DNA of 64,000 bases from Acidobacteriota bacterium (lineage in GTDB: Bacteria; Acidobacteriota; UBA890; WLXD01). Where the stretch lies: positions 448,001 to 512,000 of the forward strand of contig CBDBHB010000008.1 in assembly GCA_965205505.1 (NCBI GenBank), written 5' to 3'. The notes below the pieces were generated by a model. That model was given only the letters and a program-made list of their open reading frames with translations. It was not told the DNA's origin and did no database searches. Made by a program: the position numbers and the translations under genes. This document shows, one piece after another, positions 9,242 through 19,647 of the stretch; position 1 is the stretch's first letter, and each line of letters begins with the position of its first letter.

Positions 9242-11462
9242 GTGTTGAGAAGGGTCTTCGAAGAGGGTAGGAAGTGGATGCGCCGCCTATTGTGCCGCCT
9301 GCTCTTCCGAGGGACCTCTCACAGTGAGGGCAATGAGGGCGGGACAGAGCCCGACGAGCCCCCAGTACCGTCGACGAAGCTCGACAGTCCATCGGCGACA
9401 TCGCATACAGCACCGCCGGAAAGCCCACACGGAAGGCGAGCTGCGCCTTCTCGTCCCCACGCGGCGATGGCGGATCCACTGACGGCAAGGGCGATACCGA
9501 CGGGCGTGATCCCGAAGACCGATGGCGGGATCTCGGCTCCCTCGAAGGGGCGGAAGAAAGTCGAGGAGCCAGAGCCTCGACCTCCCCGACGTATTCCAGG
9601 AAGACGAGACGGACCGACGCAGACTAGAACCGCAACTAAGAACGGGAGCGGAGGAAATCGTGTAGGACGTCCAACGTCCAAGCCCCGTCCGGAGCTGATC
9701 TGCCGCAGACCTTCGGGTTCAGTGCAATGGGAAGTACTGCTCTCCGCAGATGAAGAATCCCGAATTGCACTAGTGAAGCAGAACGGCGAGCCGCTCAGCC
9801 TGGGGGACGGGGGGGTGGTCTCTCACGTCGTTCGACGGTCGCCTGTCCATCGACTTCGAGCAAGGCCCATCGATCCACGTCTCGCTGTTCGACAAGAGCC
9901 CACTGATCTTCAAGCTGAACAAAGCTTGGACCGGGGATGGCCGAAACATCACCCACCTGACGAAGGGCCACTTCATCGTGATCGCGCCGGTGGAGTGGGT
10001 CCGTTCGGGCCATGTGCCCGTTGAACCGGATTGCTGCTCTGACTCGGCGTTCATGGCGCACTATTTCTTCCAGGGCGGCAGTGAGTCCACGGAAGAGCCC
10101 GGCGGCTTTTCGGGGCATGAGATCGACTCAAGCGCACCCGGATTCAAGTTGAGCGGAAAGCGCGTCTTCGACGATTCCGAGGAGGGTGACCTGTTCGTGG
10201 GAACTCCTCCGCAACTGAGTGATACGGACCGAGTGGTTTGGGCGCGGGTCGGAGAGGAAAGAGCACACGGCTGGAAGGGCCATAACTTCAAACCGTCCGA
10301 GCGCACCCTTGCCGAAGTCATGAATGCTCGGCAGGGTCGCTTCTTCGTTCGCGTTTACGATGAGCAAGGGGCAATGCTGGATGGTGCCCAGTTCCGATAC
10401 CTGCGCGGTCTCCGAGAGATTCGGGTGAACGGAGAGCCTTACGCCGAAGACACGCTGCTCGTGCCGAGCGCGACAGGCCATCCGCCGACAAGGGTGCGGT
10501 TCATCGGCGCCGATGGCTTACCTTTGCACGCCGCCTTGCCGCCAGGCGCAATGCCTATGGAGGACGGGACGGGTACTCTGATCGCCGAGCCGCACCCCGA
10601 CGCGGACGAGATTTCGTGTGCGCTGGAAGCCGATGGCGGCCGCGTGGAAATCGCTTTGCATTTGCCGCGCATCTGGTGGCGGATGGAGCGAGAAGGCGCC
10701 GAATGGGATGGCGAGTGGTGCAGCACACCGTTCAAGATGACGCGCCATGATTTCCGTGACCACGCCGACTCGAACGCGATACTGCGGTTGCGATCACCGA
10801 AGCGAATCAGGTCGGTTGTCGTGGGCTTCGGTGACGAGCCGTGCCTCAAGTACACGAGGAGGGACGATGAGTTCGTATTGCCTCTAGCCCACTTCGTCGA
10901 TCATGTCCAGGTCGACCATCGCCTGACCGAGGATGCCCTGTTCAACGTCCGATTTGATCAGGCCAACGACCGACGCGATCAGAGGCTGCTGACCTTGATC
11001 CGGATTCCCGCCGACCCGCCACCGGCAATTGTGTCGCTCACCTGTGAACCCGGGGCCCTCGCCGCCGGAGAGAAGTCGCTACTGTCTTGGGTGACCCGCA
11101 ATACTGACGATGTCCACGTCGTGATCGATCCCGACATCGGTGCGGTTGCGCCTACCGGAAGCCGTGAGATCGCACCCTTGGAGACAACGACCTACACGCT
11201 GCGGCTCACCGCGCCCGGGATGGAAGGCGTCACAAGGCGCGTCACCGTGCGAGTGTCACGCATGCAGCCAAGAAAGGTCCTCGCCAAGGTTCTGCGAGGG
11301 GGCGGCGGCTGGCGACGCGGCAGGGGCTTTAGCTGCGGAGAGTTGCGCACAGTCGACTTGACCGCGACTGAGGCGGCGCGGAGGTCGATCAGCATCGACA
11401 GACGTCGACGCAGCGTGCATCCGGCCAACATCAAGACCCTTCGGAAAGTGGCCCATGGCTGA
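9242..11462 (+). CDS. Helicase-partner protein (about 730 aa) split by a +1 frameshift in a G7 tract; C-terminal Ig/PKD-like domain plus eL13-like motif
   Basis: ORFs 9242-10024 and 9978-11462 join if one G is removed from 9809-9815 (...SLGDGG|WSLTSFDGRLSIDF...). The stop overlaps the helicase ATG (ATGGCTGA, 11455-11462). Confidence 0.7.
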
Positions 11463-14400
11463 CGTGCACGACATGGGCTCGTGGCCCGAAAGAATTCGCC
11501 AACGCTACGAGAGCTATCTGAAGACCTCGTTCTTCTTCAAGGATCCCGGCCTTCGCGCCTCGTTCCAGACCGCTCTGCAAGAGGAAGAAAGTCTGCTGAA
11601 GGGCAACTATCCGGAACCGGCTCGGCGCTTCCGCACGGGATTGAACGCGCGGGCGCTGGCGCGGGGGTGCTTTCCCGAGACCGCCACCGACCTGCTTCCA
11701 GCGCTGATCGACGCTCCGCTGTATGTGCACCAGGAACGAGCCGTCCGAGCCGTCCATCAGAAGCAGCGCAACATCGTGGTCGCCAGCAGCACCGCGAGCG
11801 GCAAGACCGAGAGTTTCCTGTACCCGATCCTGTTCGAGCTGTATCGCCAGCATCTAGCTGGCCAACTGCGCCAGCCTGGAGTCCGGGCCATGATCCTGTA
11901 CCCGATGAACGCGCTCGCCAACGACCAACGCGACCGTCTGGGCAACATCGGCCGGGATCTACACGAGGCGGGGTCGGGCTTCCGGCCCACTTTCGGGCAG
12001 TACATCGGCCAGACACCCCAGAACAGCCGAGACCGGTGGCGCAATACCGATTGGTGGGCCGAGAACCGCCTTCCGGGCGAAATGATCTTCCGCGACGAGA
12101 TGCGCGAGGCTCCGCCCCACATTCTGCTCACCAACTACTCGATGTTGGAGTACCTGCTCATCCGCCCTGACGACAGCCCACTGTTTGACAATGGCCGGGG
12201 CGAGCGCTGGCAGTTCATCGTGCTCGACGAAGCGCACCAGTACCGGGGTGCCAAGGGCATGGAGATGGGCATGCTGATCCGGCGTCTTAAGCAGCGGCTA
12301 CGCGACGGGGGTCGGCGGGATCCATTTCGCTGCATCGCCACGAGCGCGACTCTCTCCTCAGGCAAGAGCGAAGCCGACAGACACGCGGTCGTCGAGTTCG
12401 CCAACGAGCTCTTCGGGGAGTCCTTTTCGGCGCCCAGCATCGTCTTCAGCGAGTCGCAAGAAGCGGCGGCCGACGGGCCTCCGCGCCGATACCACGCCTT
12501 TCTGCGCGCTCTCGAGGGGGCGTTTCTAGTGCACAGAGACGGCACGGACGCTGTGGTGCTGAACCGTAAGGGCCAAGCCGGGGATGGCACCGCCGCAGAG
12601 CCGTTGGAAATCGCCTTGTGCAAGGAGTGCGGCCAGCACTATTACGTCGGTCGAAATCAGGGTGGCATGCTCCAGGAGGCCATTCGCGATCCCAGCCACT
12701 CGGACTTCGGCGTGGACTACTACCTGCCAACTGAGGATGGGGACCAACTTCTGTGTCGGCGTTGCGGTGCGCTGTCGGGCTCGACGCCGGCATGCGAATG
12801 CGGAGCGACGGTTCGCGTTAGACGGTGTGAGAACCACAAGGACCACGCCGATCAAATGAAGCGGTGCGAGGCGTGCCAGTATCGGCGCGGCGGCATCGGC
12901 GACCCGGTGCAGGAGATCGTGCACGGCTCCGACGGACCGAACGCTGTTATCGCAACCGCCCTGCACCAACTGCTCCCGGAGGGCCGGCGCAAGGTGCTGG
13001 CATTCGCTGACAGCCGCCAGGAGGCGGCGTTCTTCGCCTGGTATGCGGAGAATTCGTACGAGAAACTGCGCGACCGAAACCTCATATTGCGGGCGATCAA
13101 GGCGGGGCCGGTCGACTGTGGGGGGCTGTCCATCAGCGATCTCCAGAGCCGTTTGCTCGTCCAGTGGGAACGCGCCGGCCTGTTCAAGGCATCCGACACC
13201 GGCGAGAGCAGGAACCGGAAGGTGCTGACCGCCATTCTGCGGGAGGCGGTGACGGACGAAAGGAGGTTGTCCTTGAGCGGCGTCGGCCTCGTGAAGTGGT
13301 TCGTTGCCAGACCGGATTCGTTGCGTTTGCCGCAATCCATGCGACACTCGCCCTGGAGTTTCCAGGAGGAAGAGGCGCGCCGCCTGATCGGCTACCTGCT
13401 GGACGAGTTGCGCCCGCGCCGAGCCATGAATCTGCCGCCACGACCGTCGCTTGCATGGTCCGACGTATCGCTTTGGCCACAGCAGGCGTACTGCAAGGGA
13501 CCGCCGGGTAGGCGGCGGAGCGTTCTGCAATGGGGCGGTCCTCAGTCCGCAGTCGTCAGCCATTTCCTGCACCGGTTGCTCGCGGACTCCGGCTTGTCAG
13601 CGGAACAGAAGCGGTTGGAATCAACCGGGCTCATGGACGAGGTGTGGGAAGCGTTGCGGCATGATCGGGACCATCCAGTTCTCTCCCGCGGAACAGCGAA
13701 CGGAACGTTTCGGATCAATCCGGCTTGGCTGCGCATCAAGCCCGCCGGTCCCGGAGCAGTCTGGGAATGCGGCACATGCGCAACCTTGAGTAACTGCAAC
13801 ATCCGCGGTGTCTGTCCCCGCAATGGTTGCCCCGGCGACCTGACGCCCGCCAACCAAGAGCGTCTCCAGGAGAATCACTATCGGATTCTCTACGACGCCT
13901 TGGACCTTCCCCCGGCGCTGAGCGCGGAAGAGCATACCGCCCAGATTGACAGCGACGAGGCGCGCCGACGGCAGGACCGGTTCAAGAAGGGCAAGATCCA
14001 CCTGCTCAGCTCGTCGACGACGTTCGAGGTCGGCGTCGATCTCGGCGATCTCGATGCGGGGTTTCTGCGCAACGTGCCGCCGGAACCCTTCAACTACACG
14101 CAACGCGTGGGGCGGGCGGGGCGAGCGGCCACGCCAGGCCTGGCTCTGACGTACTGCCGCCGAAATCCCCATGACCTGTATCACTACGAAGATCCGGAAC
14201 ATCGGCTAATCCGTGGCGCGGTGCACCCGCCGCGCCTGCGGTTGACGAACCAGAAGATCGTCTTGCGGCACATGGTGGCCACTGCCCTGTCCGCCTTCTT
14301 CAGATCCGGCAGCAACGCCATGCGATTCAACCGTGTACAGGACTTGGTTGGGGACTGGCATAGCCCACGCGCAACGCTGGACCTGAGGGCGTTCTGCGAG

Positions 14401-14730
14401 AACAACAGCACATTGGCAGCGTCACTGCGCGAGATCGTTCCCGATCTCCTGCACAAGAGCACCGGACTCGCAGCGGACGCATGGACCGAGCAGGTTGCGG
14501 GGTCCGACAGTCGGCTTGCTGCCGTGGAGATTGAAGTGTGCTCGGACTATGTCGACATGGAGCGTAACCGGCAGGATCTGTTCGACCGACGCAAGGGCAC
14601 GGACAGAGTGGAAGACCGCATGAAGACCATTGCCCGCGAGCAGACGCTTAATTTCTTGTCCCGCAAGGCGGTCATCCCGAAGTACGGGTTCCCCGTGGAT
14701 GTCGTCGAACTCGATACTCGTCCCCGGGAC
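11455..14730 (+). pseudogene. DruE-like SF2 DEAH helicase with multiple Zn fingers, 3'-truncated (no DUF1998 tail)
   Basis: STASGKTESF, YPMNALANDQ, LDEAHQY, ATSAT, TFEVGVDLG, QRVGRAGR, IPKYGFPVDVVEL. After about 14730 the ORF reads through the antisense of the DnaB fragment to 14994. Confidence 0.85.
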
Positions 14731-15168
14731 GTCGTAAACCAGCCGATTGGCGTCGCCGAAGAAGTCGTTGGCCGTGAGCACCTGGGCGGCCGCGTTCAGC
14801 GCCTCGTTGTCGAGCAACACCGCGCCCAGGATCGAGCGCTCCACCTCGACGTTGTGCGGCAGCGCGCGCTCCTCGTGCCGTGTCCGGACTTGACGCAGCC
14901 GCCCCACTACGCGACCTCGCCTCGGTCGCCGACACGGGCGACGGTACCGTTTGAGTCCGTTGGGCTGTCGAATGTCCAGACCCCGGCCCCCTAGGGCCTC
15001 CAGAACCGCCTCCTGCGTGCATCCGGCGTGACAGTGCACCAGCACCTGCCCGTCGCGCTCTGTCGCGCTCAGGCTCGGGTTGCGGTCCTCGTGCGCCGGG
15101 CAGGGGTCCATGCCAGGTCCATTGGATCGACCCTCGAGCGGGCGGACGATCTGCTCCAGGCTGGCCAC
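14730..15168 (-). pseudogene. 5' fragment of a phage/satellite primase-helicase (Zn finger + DnaB N-terminal domain)
   Basis: CPAHEDRNPSLS...VHCHAGC (primase Zn finger), then LPHNVEVERSILGAVLLDN...DFFGDANRLVY (DnaB-N). Similarity ends at the helicase junction. Confidence 0.8.
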
Positions 15169-15169
15169 G

Positions 15170-15394
15170 TCACGTTGACTGCTGGGGAGGGGCAGGTTGA
15201 TCGCCCCCCGGCAGGGCGGTCGGACGGCTCGCTAACCACGCCTCGATGTCCGCCATCCGCCAGGCTACGGCACGGCGGCCGATGCGCACCGGACGGGGAA
15301 ACTCCCCCGCATCCATCGCAGCGTAGATCGCTGACCTGGAAAGTAGCGTGATCCGCTCGACTTCAGGACGCTTGATGAGGACTTGCTGCTCCAT
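15170..15394 (-). CDS. alpA: AlpA-family regulator/excisionase
   Basis: LIKRPEVERITLLSRSAIYAAMDAGEFPRPVRIGRRAVAWRMADIEAWL. Confidence 0.92.
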   Translation of the reverse strand: MEQQVLIKRPEVERITLLSRSAIYAAMDAGEFPRPVRIGRRAVAWRMADIEAWLASRPTALPGGDQPAPPQQST

Positions 15395-15508
15395 GAGGAA
15401 CCTCCTTGGTTTTGGTGGTTCCTCCCACTGTGCAGGGGTACCTCTGGCCTGTCATGAGGTGCGAGTTTCCGAAAACTCGCCCCCACGGCCCGGGGGTGGC
15501 GCAGCCGA

Positions 15509-16168
15509 CTACCGTTTACCCTGCCATATGTCGCGCATGGTGTCGTACGTGCTCACACTGTGATTTCTCTCCTTGAGCACCCCGAGCACGATGTCGCAGG
15601 CGGACGGACGCTCCATCGCGTCGGTAGCCTCATTGCGCTCCGCATGCATGCCACACTCTGTCAGGACGTGGATCGCCCATCGGAGCACGTTATTTCGCTC
15701 GGCCATCTTGGGGGCCGGCCCCTGGCTGCCTTTGCCGCCTTTCGGAGGCGCACGCCGGCCATGCATCACGTCGCCCACCCAACGGTGCAGGGCTTGCCCG
15801 AGTGGACGTTTGCCTTCGGTGCGCGCGAACGTCCACGCCAGTGCGTCCCAATGTACGGGGTTAGTACGTGATCCTTCGGTAGTGGATTCGATATCCTCGC
15901 GCGGGGTGTTGTCTTCGCCCCGAAGAAACAACGCAGCGTACATCCATACGTTGTAGTTGTGGGCGATCTCTGGGTTTCTCCACGACGGGTCCAGGTCGAG
16001 CCACAAGCCCACGAGAGCGCGCGCATCGTCGTTGGAAATGCGCTCTTTCTGCTCAATGAATCGTGTCCGGTGCTTATGGTGCAGCTTGGCGAACTCATCG
16101 TTCCGGGATTTGTCCAGGACGGCACGCACAGGCAACACTGGTTGCCTCGCGCGCTCTTTTTCACCCAT
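15509..16168 (-). CDS. Hypothetical protein between integrase and alpA
   Basis: Protein-like ORF from MGEKERARQ, in a position typical of satellite/IME backbones. Confidence 0.6.
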   Translation of the reverse strand: MGEKERARQPVLPVRAVLDKSRNDEFAKLHHKHRTRFIEQKERISNDDARALVGLWLDLDPSWRNPEIAHNYNVWMYAALFLRGEDNTPREDIESTTEGSRTNPVHWDALAWTFARTEGKRPLGQALHRWVGDVMHGRRAPPKGGKGSQGPAPKMAERNNVLRWAIHVLTECGMHAERNEATDAMERPSACDIVLGVLKERNHSVSTYDTMRDIWQGKR

Positions 16169-16472
16169 GAGGCAGCACCGGCACGATGGTCTGGATCGGG
16201 GCGGGCAACCTGGAGTGCGGCCCGGGCCCACTGATCGATGGGGACAGCAGCATCAGGCCCAGGATGACGGCCGGAATCAGCGTCAGTGCACGGCCCGAAA
16301 GGTTGATCCTGGGCGAGCGGAGATCGCCCATCCGCACGTTGCCGAGCTCACCTCTGTCCATATCATCTCTCCGTAGGCACGGGGGCGGTGGGGTAGACAC
16401 GTCTTCAGGGTAGCGTGCGTGGCCGTGTGCCAACCCACTTCAGCAGGCAGGGAACCGACCCGGTACTGCTCC

Positions 16473-17510
16473 CTAGACAGGGCGCAGCATCGGCACCACC
16501 TTGCCGCCCTCAGCACTCAGGTAAGCGGCCCAGTCTTCCATCAGCTTCCGGCGCCGCTCCAGCAGGTCCGAGCGCGCATAGGCCGCCTCGGTCGGGTCGC
16601 GCACCGCATGCGCCAGCGCCGCCTCCATGACCGCCCGCGGTGCGTTGGTGCACTCCGCCGCCCAGTCCCGGAACGATGAGCGAAACCCGTGCGGTACCGC
16701 TTCAATACCCAGCTGCCGCAGCACCCGGGAAAGCGTTGCGTCCGCCAGCGGCCTGCCGGCCCGTGCGCCGGGAAACACCAGCCCCTCGCCATCCCTGAGC
16801 CCCCGCGCCTGGCGCAGGATCTCCATTGCCCGGCCCGATAGCGGTACCCGGCGCCGCTTGCGGTGCCGTGGCAGCGCCTGGGTGATCGCCTCACCAGCCG
16901 GGTTGTCGCCACGGTACCCCTGCGCCATGGCCCACTTCATCACCGCACCGATGCGCGCCCGCACCCGCCGTGCGGTCTCGGCCTTGTCATGCCAGATCGG
17001 ACCCAGTACCTCCAACACCTCGGCCGTCGTCACCTCCGACACCGGCATCTCACCGATGCGCCCGTACGCATAGGTGCGCAACTCCGTTTTCCATTGCGCC
17101 GCATACTTGGCGTTGCGCCACCCGGGGCGGTGCATCTCATACACCTTGGCCGCTGCTTGCGCGAACGTCGGCATGCCCTCGGCCCGGCGCTTGTCTGTCA
17201 GCGGGTCACCGCCGGCACGGGCCAGCTTGCGGTTGGCAAATGCCACCTCGCGCGCCTCCGACAGCGACACCAAGGGGTAGCCTCCGAGACCCAGTTCCCG
17301 GCGACGGCCCTGGATCACGATCCGCTGTACCCAGCTGCGCGCTCCGCTCGGGATCACGTTCAGGTACAGGCCGTGTCCATCGCAGTACCGGCCCGGCTTC
17401 ATTACCGTGCGTACGAACGCCGCCGACAGGGCCCGCTCCGGGTGCTTGCCGCTCTTGCGCCGAGGGCTGGGTTTCGGTGCAGTTGCCTGCGCATCGGACA
17501 TATTATGCAT
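16473..17510 (-). pseudogene. P4-type tyrosine integrase with an in-frame internal deletion
   Basis: Arm-binding domain (PGRYCDGHGLYL...LGLGGYPLVSLSEAR), core-binding domain, HGFRSSFRDW, LAH and AAY are present. The box-I Arg segment (TxxRxxE) and the MK segment are missing between QALPRH and RVPLS. Confidence 0.85.
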
Positions 17511-17614
17511 CCCCCTCTCATTCCGCCATTAAAGGCGGGAATGTAGCGGATTGTCCGGGAACACGCAAGATGGACGAATACTCGTAACTGTCTGACTCTA
17601 CTGATGCTTAGGGA

Positions 17615-18067
17615 CTAATAGGTCAACTCAGGAATGCACCGGATCTGAACGATGGCAGAGATGCCGAGGGCCAGCGACACGATCGCCGTGAGCGAGAACC
17701 CGGGGCTCTGGCGCAGTCGCCGGAGCGCGTATCGCAGATCGCGCGCCAGCACGTAGACAATCGCTTCGCCGGTACGGCCCGAGCGTTCGTCCATGGCGCG
17801 CGACCGGCGGGCGGAGCGCTTGGCGCGGCGGATCAGGTCGGCGGCAATATCGTCGCTGCCGAAGTCCTCCAGCAGATCGTCGACGCTGCGCCCGGACGCC
17901 AGCCCGTCGTCGAAGTGGGCGATCAGCTCGCGCGCCACGTCGACACGCTCGACAGGACGGAGGCCCGGTGACGAAACGGCATTGCGCACGCGTTCGCGCA
18001 GCAGCTCTGGCAACCCGGATGACTCCAGTAGGCGCGCTACATCGCCCAGTTTTTGTTGCATGATCAT
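17615..18067 (-). pseudogene. 5' remnant of an ADOP-type ABC permease, truncated at the element boundary
   Basis: DVARELIAHFDDG...RDLRYALRRLRQSPGFSLTAIVSLALGI, then an abrupt loss of similarity at about 17660. Confidence 0.85.
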
Positions 18068-18090
18068 CGCTCCCCTTCGATGCTGCGCCG

Positions 18091-18435
18091 TCAGCGCTTG
18101 CCTGCCGTATCGACGAGACCGAGCCCTTCCATGGCCTGCACGAGCTGCTGCCACTGCGCCCGATGTGCCTCGAGGTGTTTCCGCCCGGCAGCCGTCAGCC
18201 GGTAGTACTTGCGACGGCGTCCCGACGTGGCGGTCTTCCAGCGGCCCACGATGAGTTTCTTGGCCTCGAGGTTGTAGAGCAGCGGATACAGCGTCGACTG
18301 GCCCATGGCTAGCACTCCATCGGTGCGCGCCTCGAGTGCCTCGACGAGCTCGTATCCGTAGCGTTCCCGCTGCTCGAGCAACGACAGCACCGCCACCGGA
18401 CCGGCGCCACGCATGAGCTCACGTCCTATTCGCAT
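18091..18435 (-). CDS. PadR-family transcriptional regulator
   Basis: VLSLLEQRERYGYELVEALE...STLYPLLYNLEAKKLI...RRRKYYRLTAAG. Confidence 0.92.
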   Translation of the reverse strand: MRIGRELMRGAGPVAVLSLLEQRERYGYELVEALEARTDGVLAMGQSTLYPLLYNLEAKKLIVGRWKTATSGRRRKYYRLTAAGRKHLEAHRAQWQQLVQAMEGLGLVDTAGKR

Positions 18436-18560
18436 GTCTTTCTCCGACTCGGAAGACGGGCCCACGCCGCCCCTGACTCTGACAGACATACTGTGTTACG
18501 CGAGGTATACGTGAAAAGTTTCAGCGTGCGGCGCGCCAAGCTCGCGCCCAATCGAAACCG

Positions 18561-19559
18561 CTAGCGACCGATCGCAAGCACGATCTTTCCGAAGTGGCGG
18601 CTCTGCTCCATGGTCTCGTGCGCCTCGCCGACCTTCTCCAGCGGAAACACCTCGTGGATCAACGGTTCGATGGTGCGATCGGCCAATCGCGGCACCACGG
18701 CTTGGGTGAGCTCGGCGACGATCCGGGCCTTCTCCTGCACCGGGCGCGAACGTAGCACCGACCCGATGATGCGCTGACGCTTGACCATCATGCGCACCAG
18801 GTTGAGCTCGGCTTTGATACCGCCCATCACGCCGATGATGATGAGGCTGCCACCCAGGGCCAAGGCTTTCATGTTGGCCGCCAGGTATTTCGCGCCGATG
18901 TGATCGAGGATCAGGTCGGCGCCCTTACCGTCGGTGTATTCACTCACCTCGGTGGCAAAGTCGTGCTCCGTATAATCGATGACCCGATGCGCTCCGAGCG
19001 CTTCGACGCGCTCGAGCTTCCCCGGCGAGGCGGTCACGATGATCTTGGCGTTCGGTGTGAGCATGCGGCAAAGCTGAATCGCGGCCGTGTTGACGCCGCC
19101 ACCACCACCGTGCAGCAGCGCGGTGCGACCGACTTCGAAGCCGCCGATCAGGAAGATATTGAGAAACGCGGTGATGTACGTCTCGCAGACACAGGCTGCC
19201 TCCTCGAAGCTCATGGTCTCGGGGATGGCGATCAGGTGATCGGCATACGCGGTGGCGTGCTCGGCGTAACCGCCGCCGCCAACCAGGCACATCACCCGGT
19301 CGCCGAGCTTCCAGCCGTCGACCTCGGCACCGACCTCCGGACCGAGCTCCGCGATCGTCCCCGCCACCTCGAGCCCGAGGATCTCCGACTCGCCCGGCGG
19401 CGGCGGATAGTTGCCCTGGCGCTGGGTGATATCGGCGCGGTTGACCGAGCTTGCCATCACCCTGATCAGCACCTGCCCGGGACCGGGAACGGGCCGCTCG
19501 ACCTCACCGACGCGAAGCACATCGGCACCACCGAATCCGTCGAGGAGCACGGCCTTCAT
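18561..19559 (-). CDS. NAD(P)H-quinone oxidoreductase (PIG3/MDR family)
   Basis: VNRADITQRQGNYPPPPGESEILGLEVAG; HGGGGGV; HFGKIVL. Confidence 0.9.
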   Translation of the reverse strand: MKAVLLDGFGGADVLRVGEVERPVPGPGQVLIRVMASSVNRADITQRQGNYPPPPGESEILGLEVAGTIAELGPEVGAEVDGWKLGDRVMCLVGGGGYAEHATAYADHLIAIPETMSFEEAACVCETYITAFLNIFLIGGFEVGRTALLHGGGGGVNTAAIQLCRMLTPNAKIIVTASPGKLERVEALGAHRVIDYTEHDFATEVSEYTDGKGADLILDHIGAKYLAANMKALALGGSLIIIGVMGGIKAELNLVRMMVKRQRIIGSVLRSRPVQEKARIVAELTQAVVPRLADRTIEPLIHEVFPLEKVGEAHETMEQSRHFGKIVLAIGR

Positions 19560-19647
19560 GGCGCCTGGTCTGCGCCCGGTGCGTTGACGACCCTCTGCGG
19601 CGTCATTCGACGGGTCACTGTGCGCACTCTGCGGGTCGGTGTTCGTG

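Larger units (their letters stand above)
3500..17661. mobile_element. Decayed integrative element (P4/PICI-like int-alpA-primase backbone) carrying helicase cargo
   Basis: Integrase, hypothetical gene, alpA and Zn-finger primase/DnaB-N fragment are co-oriented at the right end. The left end is lost at the IS3. Boundaries are approximate. Confidence 0.65.

Noticed and set aside
14731-14994. C-terminal 88 aa of the 1179-aa helicase ORF as a novel domain
   Set aside because: It is read-through into the antisense strand of the DnaB/primase fragment.
16161-16433. Small hydrophobic ORF between integrase and hypothetical gene
   Set aside because: No recognisable motif or clear RBS; cannot be supported.
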